In this document: in pieces, positions 19,205 through 29,535 of the stretch
Layout of the letters: the number at the start of each line of letters is the position of its first letter
Position numbering within the stretch: the stretch's first letter is position 1
Assembly: GCA_051871515.1 (NCBI GenBank)
Contig: JBJECY010000081.1
Span: 15,894-79,893, forward strand
Origin: Muribaculaceae bacterium
Lineage (GTDB): Bacteria > Bacteroidota > Bacteroidia > Bacteroidales > Muribaculaceae
DNA length: 64,000 nt
Direction: 5' to 3'
Made by a program: the position numbers and the translations under genes
Notes under the pieces: model-generated
Databases searched by the model: none
Told to the model about the DNA's origin: nothing
Seen by the model: the letters and a program-made list of their open reading frames with translations, nothing else

Positions 19205-21748
19205 TTATTCTATTTTTATATCCAAATCGCCTTGCGTGATGCCGTCGGAATCTACGGTGAGATGCAAATTTCCTTTTCCACCCCTTTTAGCGTTAACAAT
19301 CACAAGCAACAAACCGTTGAATGCTTTGCGTGATTTTTCAGAGAAAATCTGCAAGCAAGTTGGGTCGCCATTGTCGGTGGCAACAATCTCTCCCTCGCCT
19401 TGCAGCGAGCAGTTCAAGAGCGGTTCGGCGGTGGGCACTTCACGACCCTCGCTGTCAGTTAATGCCACTCTCACCATCACAAGGTCATAACCATCGGCTT
19501 TGATTGTTGATTTGTGAGGAGTGAGTTTAATTGAGCAAGCCTCGCCGGTGGTGCACACACTGCTTTGTGCCCACGGCTGCCCTTGTTTATAAGCCACAGC
19601 ACGCAATTCTCCCGGCTCATATTGCACACTGTCCCATTTGAGTCTGTATTGGTATTGACCCTTTTTCTTTCTTCCCAGCGACTTGTTGTTGAGAAAGAGT
19701 TCCACCTCGTCGCCCGAGGTATATACATACACCGGCGTGATTTCGCCCTTTCCGTTCTTTATTCTTTCAGGAAAATTCCAATGCGGCAATATGTGCACCA
19801 TAGGTTGATTGGGCAACCATCGCGACTGATAAAGGTAATAACGGTCTTTTGGGAATCCTGCCAAGTCAACAATGCCAAAATAGCTGCTACGGGAAGTAGG
19901 GCGATTTTTCTCAATTTCTTCAAGCTTTTTTCTTTGTTCAGCCAACTCCTCGTCGCTCATGGCTGCCGAGTGGTTGAGAAGCACACTCTCATCGCTATTG
20001 AATGGAGTGGGTTCGCCAAGATAGTCAAAACCGGTCCACACAAACTCGCCGCAAATGGCAGGGTAGCGGTCTAAGGCTGCAAACTCCTCGTCAACCAGTC
20101 CGCCCCAGCCGGGTTGCACATTGTCATACGACGACACATGAAACCTGCGCGGAAAATATTCGCCGCGGGTGCTCATGGTTGAGCTACTTTCACTTGAATA
20201 ACCCGATAGATGTTCGTGTCCCTTTTTATTAAGAAATTCTCCATATAGGTGAGGACCGCCATACACTCCTGCGGCATAGTTCATACCATGCACATCAACC
20301 TGCAACTCAGTGCCGTTAAGAGCTGATATACTTGGATAAGATGCTCCAAAAGTGACAGGGCGAGTGGTATCGAAGCGATGCACCACCTCTGTGAGATGAC
20401 GCGCCATGCCCGTTTCGGGGTGATACTGTTCTTCAACCTCATTGCCGGTGCTCCACATTATCACCGAGGGGTGATTGCGGTCGCGGCACACAAGCGACTC
20501 AAGGTCTTTCTCGTGCCATTGATTGAACAAATATCCATAGTCATATTGTTTTTTGCCGTGTTGCCAGCAGTCGAATGCTTCATCCATCACCAAAAAGCCC
20601 ATTTTATCAGCTAATGTGAGCAAATCGGGTGCCGGAGGATTGTGCGAAGTGCGCAATGAGTTGCATCCAAAACTCTTCAATATGGTGAGTTGACGGCGCA
20701 ACGCCTCGGTGTTGATGGCAGCGCCAAGCGCACCCAAATCATGATGGTTGCACGTTCCGTTGATTTGCACACGTTTGCCGTTTAGCAAGAATCCATTGTT
20801 ATGGGTAAACTCAATGGTGCGGAATCCAAAAGGCTGGTCATATTCATCAATAACCTTTTTATTGGCATCAAACACTTTAATGCGTGCCACATAGCGATGC
20901 GGAGCATCAATGCTCCATAATTTTGGTTTATCAACGCTCAGCAGCAAGCTGTCTTCAGCCATAGCTCCGTCAGCAGCCACGCGCAATGACTTGGTGACTG
21001 GTTTTGAAACTTTTCTGCCAATCACGTCTTCGGCATCAATTTCATATATTTGAGCACTTACGCTGCACTCCTTTGCCAAATCATTGTGATTCTGCAATTT
21101 CACTTTTACAACAGCCTGAGCCTTTTCTTTTGTAATCACAGGAGTGGTTACGAACACACCCCAATGGGCCACATGCAGCTGATTGGTCTTAACCAAACGC
21201 ACATGCCTATAAATGCCTGCGCCGGGATACCAGCGCGAGCCCCAATGCTCAGTGTCGAGCCTCACGGCAACCACATTTTCCTCGCCAAACAAAAGGTGTG
21301 GAGTGATATCAACTCTAAAAGAAATATATCCATAAGGTCGGCTGCCCGCCTTTTTGCCATTTATCCAAACCTCGGCATTTGCCATAGCACCGTCGAAGTC
21401 AATGTAAAACCTTTTCCCACTTTCCTCTTTGCTCACAGCAAAATGCTTGCGATACCAGCCAATGCCACGCCACGGCAACTTGCCGGTGTAGCCGTCGAGG
21501 TCGCCACGGAAAGGCCCCTCAATGCCCCAATCATGAGGCAAATCAAGCAGTCGCCACGCAGCATCGTTATAGTTGGTTGCTTCAATATTCTTAGGCTCAT
21601 CAACGCGGCTGCCATCGGGTTGCAACCCATATCGGGCAAAGCGCCAATCCCAATCAAAATTAAGGATTTCTCTCGCTGCCTGAACTTCAAAATTTATAAA
21701 TATTGAAACTATTATGCTGCAAATTATTATCAATGACCTTTTCATCAC
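19205..21748 (-). CDS. Glycoside hydrolase family 2 (beta-galactosidase-like)
   Basis: 847 aa with a signal peptide. NGTCNHHDLGALGAA...FGCNSLRTSHNPPAPDLL...MDEAFDCW...WSTGNE is a GH2 TIM-barrel signature. Confidence 0.85.
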   Translation of the reverse strand: MMKRSLIIICSIIVSIFINFEVQAAREILNFDWDWRFARYGLQPDGSRVDEPKNIEATNYNDAAWRLLDLPHDWGIEGPFRGDLDGYTGKLPWRGIGWYRKHFAVSKEESGKRFYIDFDGAMANAEVWINGKKAGSRPYGYISFRVDITPHLLFGEENVVAVRLDTEHWGSRWYPGAGIYRHVRLVKTNQLHVAHWGVFVTTPVITKEKAQAVVKVKLQNHNDLAKECSVSAQIYEIDAEDVIGRKVSKPVTKSLRVAADGAMAEDSLLLSVDKPKLWSIDAPHRYVARIKVFDANKKVIDEYDQPFGFRTIEFTHNNGFLLNGKRVQINGTCNHHDLGALGAAINTEALRRQLTILKSFGCNSLRTSHNPPAPDLLTLADKMGFLVMDEAFDCWQHGKKQYDYGYLFNQWHEKDLESLVCRDRNHPSVIMWSTGNEVEEQYHPETGMARHLTEVVHRFDTTRPVTFGASYPSISALNGTELQVDVHGMNYAAGVYGGPHLYGEFLNKKGHEHLSGYSSESSSTMSTRGEYFPRRFHVSSYDNVQPGWGGLVDEEFAALDRYPAICGEFVWTGFDYLGEPTPFNSDESVLLNHSAAMSDEELAEQRKKLEEIEKNRPTSRSSYFGIVDLAGFPKDRYYLYQSRWLPNQPMVHILPHWNFPERIKNGKGEITPVYVYTSGDEVELFLNNKSLGRKKKGQYQYRLKWDSVQYEPGELRAVAYKQGQPWAQSSVCTTGEACSIKLTPHKSTIKADGYDLVMVRVALTDSEGREVPTAEPLLNCSLQGEGEIVATDNGDPTCLQIFSEKSRKAFNGLLLVIVNAKRGGKGNLHLTVDSDGITQGDLDIKIE

Positions 21749-21749
21749 C

Positions 21750-24101
21750 TCAGAATTTCAGATTAATTTCTTTACCCTTATAGGTGACTACTTTCTTCAT
21801 CTGTTTGTTGCCGTCAACCACGTTCACAGTGAATTTTCTTTTCTGCGGCATTCCATTATATGAACCTTGGCTGCCGCGGATGGTGAGAGTGCGGGCATCT
21901 TGATTCCACGACAATGCAATGCGGCAGTTTTTGCCTTGTTCATAATTATAGTTATCGCCCTCATCATCATAGAGAGTGAATTGGGCATCGGCACCGCCAT
22001 ATACATTGATTTGCAAATCGGCCCAATTGGTTTGCGAAGCCCATTGTGCATTGCCTTTGCTAACTGGTATTATACTGCCGCCTTTCACATATACCGGTAT
22101 ATCAGATATAGTGATTTTTTTATCAATCCATTTGCCTCCGTTGTCACACTCGTTGGTGAAATAATCATACCACACTGTGCCAGCAGGCAAATACATGCGT
22201 CTGATTTGTTGCGAAGTGAGGTTTATTTCTTTGGCATCAATGCCCATAGGCTGTGTTACCGGAGCTACCATTATGCTGTTTCCAAACATATATTGATTGT
22301 CGATATATCCCACCTCGCTATCGTGGCTGAAATCCATAAACAGCGGTTTCATGAAAGTGTTGCCCTCAGTGCTTACGCTCCAAGCAGTTGAATAGATGTA
22401 AGGCAACATTTCATAACGCAGACGTATGTAGCGTGCTATTGTCTCAAATTCCCAAGAACCAGGCTTGCCAAACTGATAAATTTCACGCGGAGTGTTGGTG
22501 CCGTGAGAACGCATCAACGGACAGAATGTACCAAACTGCATCCATCGCACATACAGCTCATGATAAGCAGAGTCGTTAACGCCCCCATTATATGAGTCCC
22601 AAGTACTAAAACCACCTATATCGGTGTTCCAATAAGGTATGCCGCACACCGAGAAGTTTAGACCTGCCGAAATTTGATTGCGCAACACTTGCCATGTGGA
22701 ATGAATGTCGCCCGACCATGTGCAAGAACCATAACGCTGTTGCCCTACAAACGCCGAGCGAGTGAGTATATACACGCGCTTGCCGTCGCCTGTGTTGCGA
22801 TGTCCTTTATAAACATCTTTAACGGCATTTATTGGAAATGCGTTGTAAACGCTGCGATAAAGTCCGTCGTGAGTCGATTGATTGAGGCAATCATCTTTAT
22901 CCGAAAATTCGGGTTCAGTGGCATCGAGCCACCACGAGTCAATTCCCAAGCTCCACAATTTATCGTGCATACGATTCCACATAATGCTTCGTGCCTCAGG
23001 ATTGAACACATCATAAACCTGTGCCTGTTCAGGATAAGTTTTAAATTTCAGCAACATTCCTTTCTGCTGCATCTCGTTGTACATTTCAGTTTTTCTGCCA
23101 AACGATGGCCAAACCGAAATTGCAATGTGCGCATTCATATCGTGAATGTCTTGCACCATTTTGGCGGGATTAGGAAAATTAGGGTTGTTAAATTCCACTG
23201 CATTCCAATTGTTGGCATCAACGCCCCAATATTGCCAATCTTGCACAATGCAATCAAGCGGCACTTGCAGTTCGCGATATTTCTTCACCACGCCCACTAT
23301 TTCCTCTTGACTTTGATAGCGCTCTTTCGATTGCCAATAACCATAGGTCCAAAGCGCATTCATCTGCACTCCGCCAGTGAGAAGGCGCAAATTGCTAAGC
23401 ACTTTGGCAGCGTTGCCGCCGTAAATGAAATAATAGTCGCTGCAATCACCGCATTGCGAGTCGAAAGCGGTTTCTACATCATTATCAGTGAATGTGGTGG
23501 GCGATGTATTATCCCAAAACAATCCGTATCCCTTTAATGAATACCAATAGGGTATGGCAACCTCAGTGTTGTTTTGCCTAAGCTTTAACAACTGGTTGCG
23601 CTGGTTATAGCGCCCTTGCTGATGCTGACCCAATCCATATATTTTTTCACCCTTATCAAGGCGGAATGCTTGACGCACCTGATAAGTTTTGTATTCTCCA
23701 TATTTCACAGGTGTGAATTGTGTGCCCTCTGACTTCTCAGCCAATAAGGTTTTTCCCTTAAGGTCGCTCATCATCACGCGCCCGTTTTGCAAATCAACCT
23801 CGGCCTTTACACTATCAGTGTTCACCACTAATGTTTTGCTGTTGCTTTTTTCAACAGTGTATTTCACTTCCATAGGTTGCATTATAACCGAATAGCTCTG
23901 TTTTTGTGGTTTATTTTCCTCGGGGTATTTAAGCACCCTTATTATGCTATTACTATAAAATTGCAATTCAACCACCAATCCATCGGCATACACCAACAGC
24001 CCTTTATCAGTGTTGTTATATGACTGTGCACACACCAACATTGATAATAATGAAAAATAAATAGTAAAATAAAATTTAATACTATGTTTCATATAATACA
24101 T
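21750..24101 (-). CDS. Glycoside hydrolase family 31 (alpha-glucosidase/alpha-xylosidase-like)
   Basis: GIDSWWLDATEPE and TRSAFVGQQRYGSCTWSGDI are GH31 catalytic-region signatures. An alternative start is ATG 24092. The stop lies 1 nt from the GH2 start. Confidence 0.85.
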   Translation of the reverse strand: MYYMKHSIKFYFTIYFSLLSMLVCAQSYNNTDKGLLVYADGLVVELQFYSNSIIRVLKYPEENKPQKQSYSVIMQPMEVKYTVEKSNSKTLVVNTDSVKAEVDLQNGRVMMSDLKGKTLLAEKSEGTQFTPVKYGEYKTYQVRQAFRLDKGEKIYGLGQHQQGRYNQRNQLLKLRQNNTEVAIPYWYSLKGYGLFWDNTSPTTFTDNDVETAFDSQCGDCSDYYFIYGGNAAKVLSNLRLLTGGVQMNALWTYGYWQSKERYQSQEEIVGVVKKYRELQVPLDCIVQDWQYWGVDANNWNAVEFNNPNFPNPAKMVQDIHDMNAHIAISVWPSFGRKTEMYNEMQQKGMLLKFKTYPEQAQVYDVFNPEARSIMWNRMHDKLWSLGIDSWWLDATEPEFSDKDDCLNQSTHDGLYRSVYNAFPINAVKDVYKGHRNTGDGKRVYILTRSAFVGQQRYGSCTWSGDIHSTWQVLRNQISAGLNFSVCGIPYWNTDIGGFSTWDSYNGGVNDSAYHELYVRWMQFGTFCPLMRSHGTNTPREIYQFGKPGSWEFETIARYIRLRYEMLPYIYSTAWSVSTEGNTFMKPLFMDFSHDSEVGYIDNQYMFGNSIMVAPVTQPMGIDAKEINLTSQQIRRMYLPAGTVWYDYFTNECDNGGKWIDKKITISDIPVYVKGGSIIPVSKGNAQWASQTNWADLQINVYGGADAQFTLYDDEGDNYNYEQGKNCRIALSWNQDARTLTIRGSQGSYNGMPQKRKFTVNVVDGNKQMKKVVTYKGKEINLKF

Positions 24102-24140
24102 TAATTTTGTGAGGATAAAATAAAATCCTCACAAAATTAA
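24101..24140. terminator. Perfect 16-bp palindrome with an 8-nt loop between trmH-like and GH31; both arms carry a TAatTTTG box
   Basis: The sequence is ttaattttgtgaggat-aaaataaa-atcctcacaaaattaa. The right arm, caaaatta (24132-24139), is a minus-strand -7 box 31-40 nt upstream of the GH31 start. Confidence 0.6.
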
Positions 24141-24205
24141 TGCATTATGAAAAAATAAAGTTGTAGTAAATTACTAAAAAGATGCACTATCTTATTATAA
24201 GGTTA

Positions 24206-24742
24206 TCACAAATACAAAGCTTTGAAGAAATCCCACATCACAATGCCCGCAGTTATTGACACGTTGAGCGAATGTTTTGTGCCATATTGAGGCAACTCAA
24301 TGCAACAATCGCTATGGTTAATTACCTCTTGACTCACTCCTTTCACCTCGTTGCCCAGAACCACAGCATATTTTCCTTGCTTATTTATTTCAAACTGGGT
24401 GAGGCTTATGCTGCCATGAACCTGCTCAATTGAACAAATAGTGTAACCCTGAGAACGCAACATTTCAACACATTCAACCGCATCACTGTAATATTGCCAG
24501 TTGACCGACATCTCGGCGCCCAAAGCAGTTTTGTGAATGTCGGGATGAGGCGGAGTGGCTGTTATGCCGCACAAGCATATACTATTGATGCAGAAAGCAT
24601 CGGCGGTGCGAAAAACACTGCCTATGTTATTGAGGCTGCGCACATCGTTTAGCACAACCACAAGATTTATCTTTTCTTTCTGCTTATACTCGTCGCAACT
24701 CACCCTGTGCAACTCAAGCATGGTTTTCTTCTTGTTTTCCAT
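24206..24742 (-). CDS. TrmH/SpoU-family RNA 2'-O-methyltransferase
   Basis: 178 aa. NNIGSVFRTADAF, LGNEVKGVS and SLNVSITAGIVMW are SpoU motifs. Confidence 0.8.
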   Translation of the reverse strand: MENKKKTMLELHRVSCDEYKQKEKINLVVVLNDVRSLNNIGSVFRTADAFCINSICLCGITATPPHPDIHKTALGAEMSVNWQYYSDAVECVEMLRSQGYTICSIEQVHGSISLTQFEINKQGKYAVVLGNEVKGVSQEVINHSDCCIELPQYGTKHSLNVSITAGIVMWDFFKALYL

Positions 24743-25299
24743 TACTTTCTATGTTTTCTGCAAAGTTAATCATATTATTCACAACTTGTGAAAAACTCTG
24801 TTTATACTCCTAAATAACTTCTCAAAAAGTTTTAATAATTATTATTTCATTTATTTGAAAATATTTTTATACAACGCCCTCATGCTTTTTTGCAAATTAG
24901 TTAGGAGTTTGTTTTCATTGTTTTTTAAACCTAATTTTTTGTGGTTATAAACAACAAATGCTCTGTGAATTTATTAATATACCCACTTATAAACATATTG
25001 TTGATAAACCTCTTAATTACCCTATTTTTCAGCATTTTACGCATTAATAAGTTGTGAATAACATTTTTACCTTACATTAATAACTTAATATGCAACTATT
25101 TCATGAAAAAGTTGTTATATGCTTTCAACAGACTAAAATAATCATCATAAAATTAAAGAAAAAAAATAAAAAATAAACTTTTATTCTTATATATGTGTGT
25201 TGTTATCATAGATGGTGTTATTTACCATTTATCAATGATGATGTGATGATGATGATTGAAAAGGAAGGGGGCGTGTGGCGCTGCACATTGTGCACTTAT

Positions 25300-25965
25300 T
25301 CACAGGAAGAGTTTGGTGAAATTGCTGTTGGTGGCTTCAGCCAGCTGCTCAACTTCAATGTGCAATGTGCTTGCCATTGATGCGGCAATAGATTCAATAT
25401 TTAGCAACGATTCATCGGTTTCAACAAGCATAAGGCTCAAAGGCGTTATTTCTGCCGAGAGGGCGTTGAATTTCTCTCCGTAGGACAAATATATACCTTC
25501 TTCAACAAAATTGTTAACAACCGATGGTTTGCCGCGAAAACCGTGCATTATCCAAGGTTGAGTGGGGCGTATGTTTTTGTGCATTGCCATCACTTCTTGC
25601 CAACCTCTCACACAATGCACCAAAAGCGGTTTGTGAAGCTGTTCAGAGAGAATTATGTGTTTTTCAAAATATTGCATCTGCACTTCAATGGGAGTGCAGA
25701 TAAGATGGTCAATGCCACATTCGCCAATAGCCACCACCTGGCTGTTGCTCTTTATAAAGCTCTCAAGGCGCTCAAATAAATGCTCAGGCGAGTTTTCTAT
25801 ATCCCAAGGGTGAATACCTGCCGAATACAGCCCCGGCGAGCTTAGAGGGGCTGTGAAATGCCTTACGTTGACAATGGCTGTGCCTGTGCTGTTGGCTTTA
25901 TGGGTATGACAATCGTATATGAGCATTATTGTGTGATTATTAACAAGGTTAAGGAACTGGGTCAT
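25300..25965 (-). CDS. TatD-family hydrolase
   Basis: MLIYDCHTH metal-binding N-terminus, with IGECGID and LLVHCV. The start is uncertain (25965 or ATG 25926). Confidence 0.75.
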   Translation of the reverse strand: MTQFLNLVNNHTIMLIYDCHTHKANSTGTAIVNVRHFTAPLSSPGLYSAGIHPWDIENSPEHLFERLESFIKSNSQVVAIGECGIDHLICTPIEVQMQYFEKHIILSEQLHKPLLVHCVRGWQEVMAMHKNIRPTQPWIMHGFRGKPSVVNNFVEEGIYLSYGEKFNALSAEITPLSLMLVETDESLLNIESIAASMASTLHIEVEQLAEATNSNFTKLFL

Positions 25966-26167
25966 ATCCGCTGCCGCCCCAAGGATTGCAGCGCAATATG
26001 CGCTTTATGGCAAGCCATGTGCCTTTTATTGGGCCATGCTTGGTGATGGCTTCTATGGCATATTGGCTACATGTTGGGGTGAAGCGGCAACAAGGCGGAA
26101 ATAGTGGCGATATGCATGCCCTATAAAACTTCACCGGCAATATCAACAGTTGTGAAAAGATGTTCAT
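25949..26167 (-). CDS. yidD: Membrane protein insertion efficiency factor YidD
   Basis: 72 aa. [31 protein letters not shown] is the YidD signature. Confidence 0.9.
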   Translation of the reverse strand: MNIFSQLLILPVKFYRACISPLFPPCCRFTPTCSQYAIEAITKHGPIKGTWLAIKRILRCNPWGGSGYDPVP

Positions 26168-26287
26168 AACTCGGTTTATAACTATGCTTGTTGGGATTGT
26201 TGAAAATTATATGAAAATGTTGATAATTAGATAGTTAAACCTATTGAAAAACGGTGTTAATTAATTATTAACAAGCCTGTTGATAAC

Positions 26288-26698
26288 TCACTCGCAAGCT
26301 ATGTTATTATCAGAGTTTTTCACAACATCGGCAAGGGTTGTGAGTGCTATTTTCATGTGCTCGTCAATCACATGTGATGGGGTGATTGAGTCGCCAATCA
26401 TGAGCATGGATATATTAACCGATTTTCCGGTTTCTTTAAGAACAGGAAAAAGCAGATTACGGTTCAGGCGATAAGCTTCGCGAATACGACGGCGCATGAG
26501 CACACGTTGAACGGCATGCTTAAAGCGGCGTTTTGGCACCGATATGAAGAATTTAGCCGGTGTGCCGTTGTCATCGCTAATGGTGTAGATGAGCCGCAGC
26601 GGATAAGACTTTATTGAATTGTTTTTAAGGGCAAACATTTGGTCAATAAGCTTGCGGCTGCATAGTTTCTCGTATTTATATAGTCGGTTTCCTTTCAT
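26288..26698 (-). CDS. rnpA: Ribonuclease P protein component
   Basis: LCSRKLIDQMFA...FISVPKRRFKHAVQRVLMRRRIREAYR is the RnpA RNR-type motif. The start is set at MKGNRLY (ATG 26698). The longer ORF-track form would overlap the hemD-like gene. Confidence 0.8.
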   Translation of the reverse strand: MKGNRLYKYEKLCSRKLIDQMFALKNNSIKSYPLRLIYTISDDNGTPAKFFISVPKRRFKHAVQRVLMRRRIREAYRLNRNLLFPVLKETGKSVNISMLMIGDSITPSHVIDEHMKIALTTLADVVKNSDNNIACE

Positions 26699-26828
26699 CG
26701 ATTGTTGATAATTTGAGGGCTGCAAGATATAAAAAAATGGGGACATCTTTATTATTGATGTCCCTATTTTTTTTGAAATAATAATTTTTATTTTTTTTAA
26801 AAGCCGCAAAAAAGCGGGCTGTTTGGCT

Positions 26829-27575
26829 TCATTCAACGTGGTTTTCTTTCTTGATGATATTTTCAAGAGCGCCAGTGATTGACGGACAGTCGGGGGTTGG
26901 CTCAAAGTCAGCTCTCAGTCCGGCTTCCTCAATGGCTTTCTTTGTTGATGTGCCCATGCATCCAATTTTTATGTTGCCCTGCTTGAAGTCAGGGAAATTT
27001 TTAATAAGCGAAAGTATTCCGGCCGGTGTGAAGAAGATGAGCACATCGTAGTCAAATGGTTCGTTTTCTTCAAAATCGTTGCTCACGGTGCGATACATAA
27101 TGGCACTTGTAACCTTGATGTCAAGGTTTTCAAGAACGGCTTCTTTGAGGCTGTGAACATCTGAAACAGGCAGTAGGAAGATTTCTTTCTTATGCTTTTC
27201 AATTATTGGAATGAGATCTTCAACCTTGTTACTCTCAGTATGGAATATTTTGCGTTTGCGATATACAATGTATTTTTGTAAATAGTTGGCAACGGTGCTA
27301 CTAACGCAGAAATACTTCATAGTGTCGGGTATTTCAAGGCGCATCTCTTCTGCCAAGCGGAAGAAATGATCAATTGAAGTCTTTGCAGTAAAAATGATTG
27401 CCGTGTGGTCAAGTATAGATATTTTTTGTTGACGGAACTCTCGCGACGTCAAGCCTTCTACCTTGATGAAAGGACGGAACACAATATCTACTCCGTACTT
27501 GTTAGCAATGTCGAAATATGGCGACTTCTCAGAAGTTGGTTTTGGTTGTGAAACTAAAATTTTCTTTATTCCCAC
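26829..27575 (-). CDS. Uroporphyrinogen-III synthase family (HEM4 domain) protein
   Basis: 248 aa. ILVSQPKP...FRPFIKVE...ILDHTAIIFTAKTSIDHFF matches the Bacteroidota HemD-like family. Confidence 0.7.
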   Translation of the reverse strand: MGIKKILVSQPKPTSEKSPYFDIANKYGVDIVFRPFIKVEGLTSREFRQQKISILDHTAIIFTAKTSIDHFFRLAEEMRLEIPDTMKYFCVSSTVANYLQKYIVYRKRKIFHTESNKVEDLIPIIEKHKKEIFLLPVSDVHSLKEAVLENLDIKVTSAIMYRTVSNDFEENEPFDYDVLIFFTPAGILSLIKNFPDFKQGNIKIGCMGTSTKKAIEEAGLRADFEPTPDCPSITGALENIIKKENHVE

Positions 27576-27587
27576 AATTAAATAAAA

Positions 27588-28460
27588 TTAAAAGATAGAA
27601 TACAAATACATAATGCCAGAATATATGGCCAGTAGTGGTATAATTTCACCGCTGCAAAGGTACAAAATAAAATAGAATATTGAGGTATAATTGACGAAAA
27701 AAATGCGGTATCCTTTAATAATAAATAACAAACGACAGGCTGCATATAATATACAAAACATCACTATAAACACATTTTGATAGAGCGGATACACCAGCAT
27801 AAATATAACCAGAGGGATGAGAAATAGTCCAAGCAGGGCTTGCGAAGCGTTTAATCCTTTTATTAAAAGCCCTGTGTTGATTTTGTTGGTGAAGGTGTAG
27901 CCAAGTATCAAATAGGCAAATAGTTGCAGCAGATAAAATAGTAAAGAGATGCCCAGCAGTGTTGCCACATAGAAGAATATGTTGTGCTGCGACACTAATT
28001 GTGAAAAGTGTGCCCACAGTGAGCAGTGTATGAGTATCGACTCCATAATGCAGGTGTTGGCTATGAGTGCCATGAGAGTGAACATCTCATTAACAGTGCT
28101 GTGGTCGTCAAAAAGGTTATCGCGCTTTTTTAGCGAGAACAGGTTTTTGCTGAAATTAGCAAAGTATTTAAATCCGTAGCGAAAACAAATGGTTACCATA
28201 AACATCGACATCAAGAAAAGTGCCATTGTTCCGGTATCGTGCAGCGGGCTGGGTATGTAGTTTTGGCTTTGCTGACCTTGCGGTATTAAGAGCAGGCTGC
28301 TTTGCTCAATGGGGGCAGTGACGCTGTCGTAGCAATTATCATTGCCAAAGCCGTGTACATACTTTGGCGAATAGTATTTAGGCTGCAAGCTATCGGCAGC
28401 CGCTGTTGATGCGGTGTCGATACTGCTGGTTGCTATGTTGTTGTTTGCCGCTGTAATCAT
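27588..28460 (-). CDS. DUF4271-type polytopic membrane protein
   Basis: 290 aa with multiple hydrophobic helices. It occupies the conserved position next to the hemD-like gene in Bacteroidota. Confidence 0.6.
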   Translation of the reverse strand: MITAANNNIATSSIDTASTAAADSLQPKYYSPKYVHGFGNDNCYDSVTAPIEQSSLLLIPQGQQSQNYIPSPLHDTGTMALFLMSMFMVTICFRYGFKYFANFSKNLFSLKKRDNLFDDHSTVNEMFTLMALIANTCIMESILIHCSLWAHFSQLVSQHNIFFYVATLLGISLLFYLLQLFAYLILGYTFTNKINTGLLIKGLNASQALLGLFLIPLVIFMLVYPLYQNVFIVMFCILYAACRLLFIIKGYRIFFVNYTSIFYFILYLCSGEIIPLLAIYSGIMYLYSIF

Positions 28461-28470
28461 TTATTTTGCT

Positions 28471-29058
28471 TTATATTTTGCTTTCAACCTTGTGTTGAGT
28501 ATTGGGGTTGTAATTGCGCAGAAACTCAGTAACCTCGTGGGGTTCACAAGCCACGTGCCACAACATGCTGTGAGATGGTTTCATGAATTGCTCGCTGATG
28601 CAGTGTTGCAGTTGCATTATCAGGTGGTCAAAGAAGTGCTTCACGTTGTAGATGATTATTGGTTTGTCATACAGCCCCAATTGTTTCCAAGTGATTATTT
28701 CAGTGAGTTCTTCAAGCGTTCCGCATCCGCCGGGCAAGGCAATAGCACATTCGCTTTTCTCAGCCATTAGCTGTTTGCGCTGGTGCATATCGGGGGTGGC
28801 AATTATTTGGCTCAGGCGGCTGTAATGCCATCCGTTATCAACCATAAACTGCGGTATGATGCCCACGGCGCGTTGTCCGGCATCAAGAAAACCGTCGCTT
28901 GCAGCGCGCATCACGCCGGTGCTGCCGGCTCCGTTGATGCAGTTCCAGCCGTCGGCAGCAAGCGCAGCTGCCAGGTTGTAGGCTGCTTGCTTATACACAT
29001 CGGCTATTTGTCCGCTCGATGCTCCGTAGATGCATATATAGCGATTGTTGCTTTCCAA
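28471..29058 (-). CDS. LOG-family (TIGR00730) nucleotide phosphoribohydrolase
   Basis: GAGSTGVMRA and the PGGCGTLEEL motif. Confidence 0.85.
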   Translation of the reverse strand: MESNNRYICIYGASSGQIADVYKQAAYNLAAALAADGWNCINGAGSTGVMRAASDGFLDAGQRAVGIIPQFMVDNGWHYSRLSQIIATPDMHQRKQLMAEKSECAIALPGGCGTLEELTEIITWKQLGLYDKPIIIYNVKHFFDHLIMQLQHCISEQFMKPSHSMLWHVACEPHEVTEFLRNYNPNTQHKVESKI

Positions 29059-29078
29059 AGTAGTGTGTGTGGTTTATG

Positions 29079-29127
29079 AAAAAAAACGGTAACAACACTC
29101 TTTCTGTGTGAGAAGTGTGTGTTACCG
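29079..29127 (-). terminator. Rho-independent terminator downstream of secG
   Basis: Imperfect roughly 13-bp stem cggtaacaacact / agtgtgtgttaccg. It is preceded on the + strand by 8 A residues, which give a T-run on the minus strand. Confidence 0.6.
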
Positions 29128-29175
29128 TTATGGGGTTTGTTATTGTTTTGGTGCTATTGTTGCAGTGCTATTTTT

Positions 29176-29532
29176 TTACTTAGCTTCACCTTCTGCAGGA
29201 GCTGCCGGCTGTTGTGTAGCAGGCATTTGTGCATTGTCGTTGGTGGTTTGGAAAGGAGTAGCTTGAGTTTCCTTAGCCTGTGTTTGCACCACTTGTGCTT
29301 GCTTGGTTGTTTCAGTTGGAATCTTGGCTGAGATGATGCTCAGCAGGCAGATGAAAATAGCAAGTCCCCAGGTGGCTTTCTCAATGAAATCGGTGGTTTT
29401 GCGCACACCCATCATTTGGTTGCCGCTTGAAAAACCTGATGCCAAACCGCCGCCTTTTGACTTTTGAATAAGCACTACACCAATCAACAGTATTGATGCA
29501 ATAATTATAAGAATAATTAGAAATCCGTACAT
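29176..29532 (-). CDS. secG: Preprotein translocase subunit SecG
   Basis: LLIGVVLIQKSKGGGLASGFSSG is the SecG signature. There are two TM helices and a Thr/Gln-rich tail. Confidence 0.85.
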   Translation of the reverse strand: MYGFLIILIIIASILLIGVVLIQKSKGGGLASGFSSGNQMMGVRKTTDFIEKATWGLAIFICLLSIISAKIPTETTKQAQVVQTQAKETQATPFQTTNDNAQMPATQQPAAPAEGEAK

Positions 29533-29535
29533 AAT

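Noticed and set aside
26699-26905. A long form of the rnpA ORF (205 aa) overlapping the 3' end of the hemD-like gene.
   Set aside because: The RnpA homology starts at MKGNRLYKYEKL (ATG 26698). The upstream 69 codons are low-complexity and overlap the neighbouring CDS.
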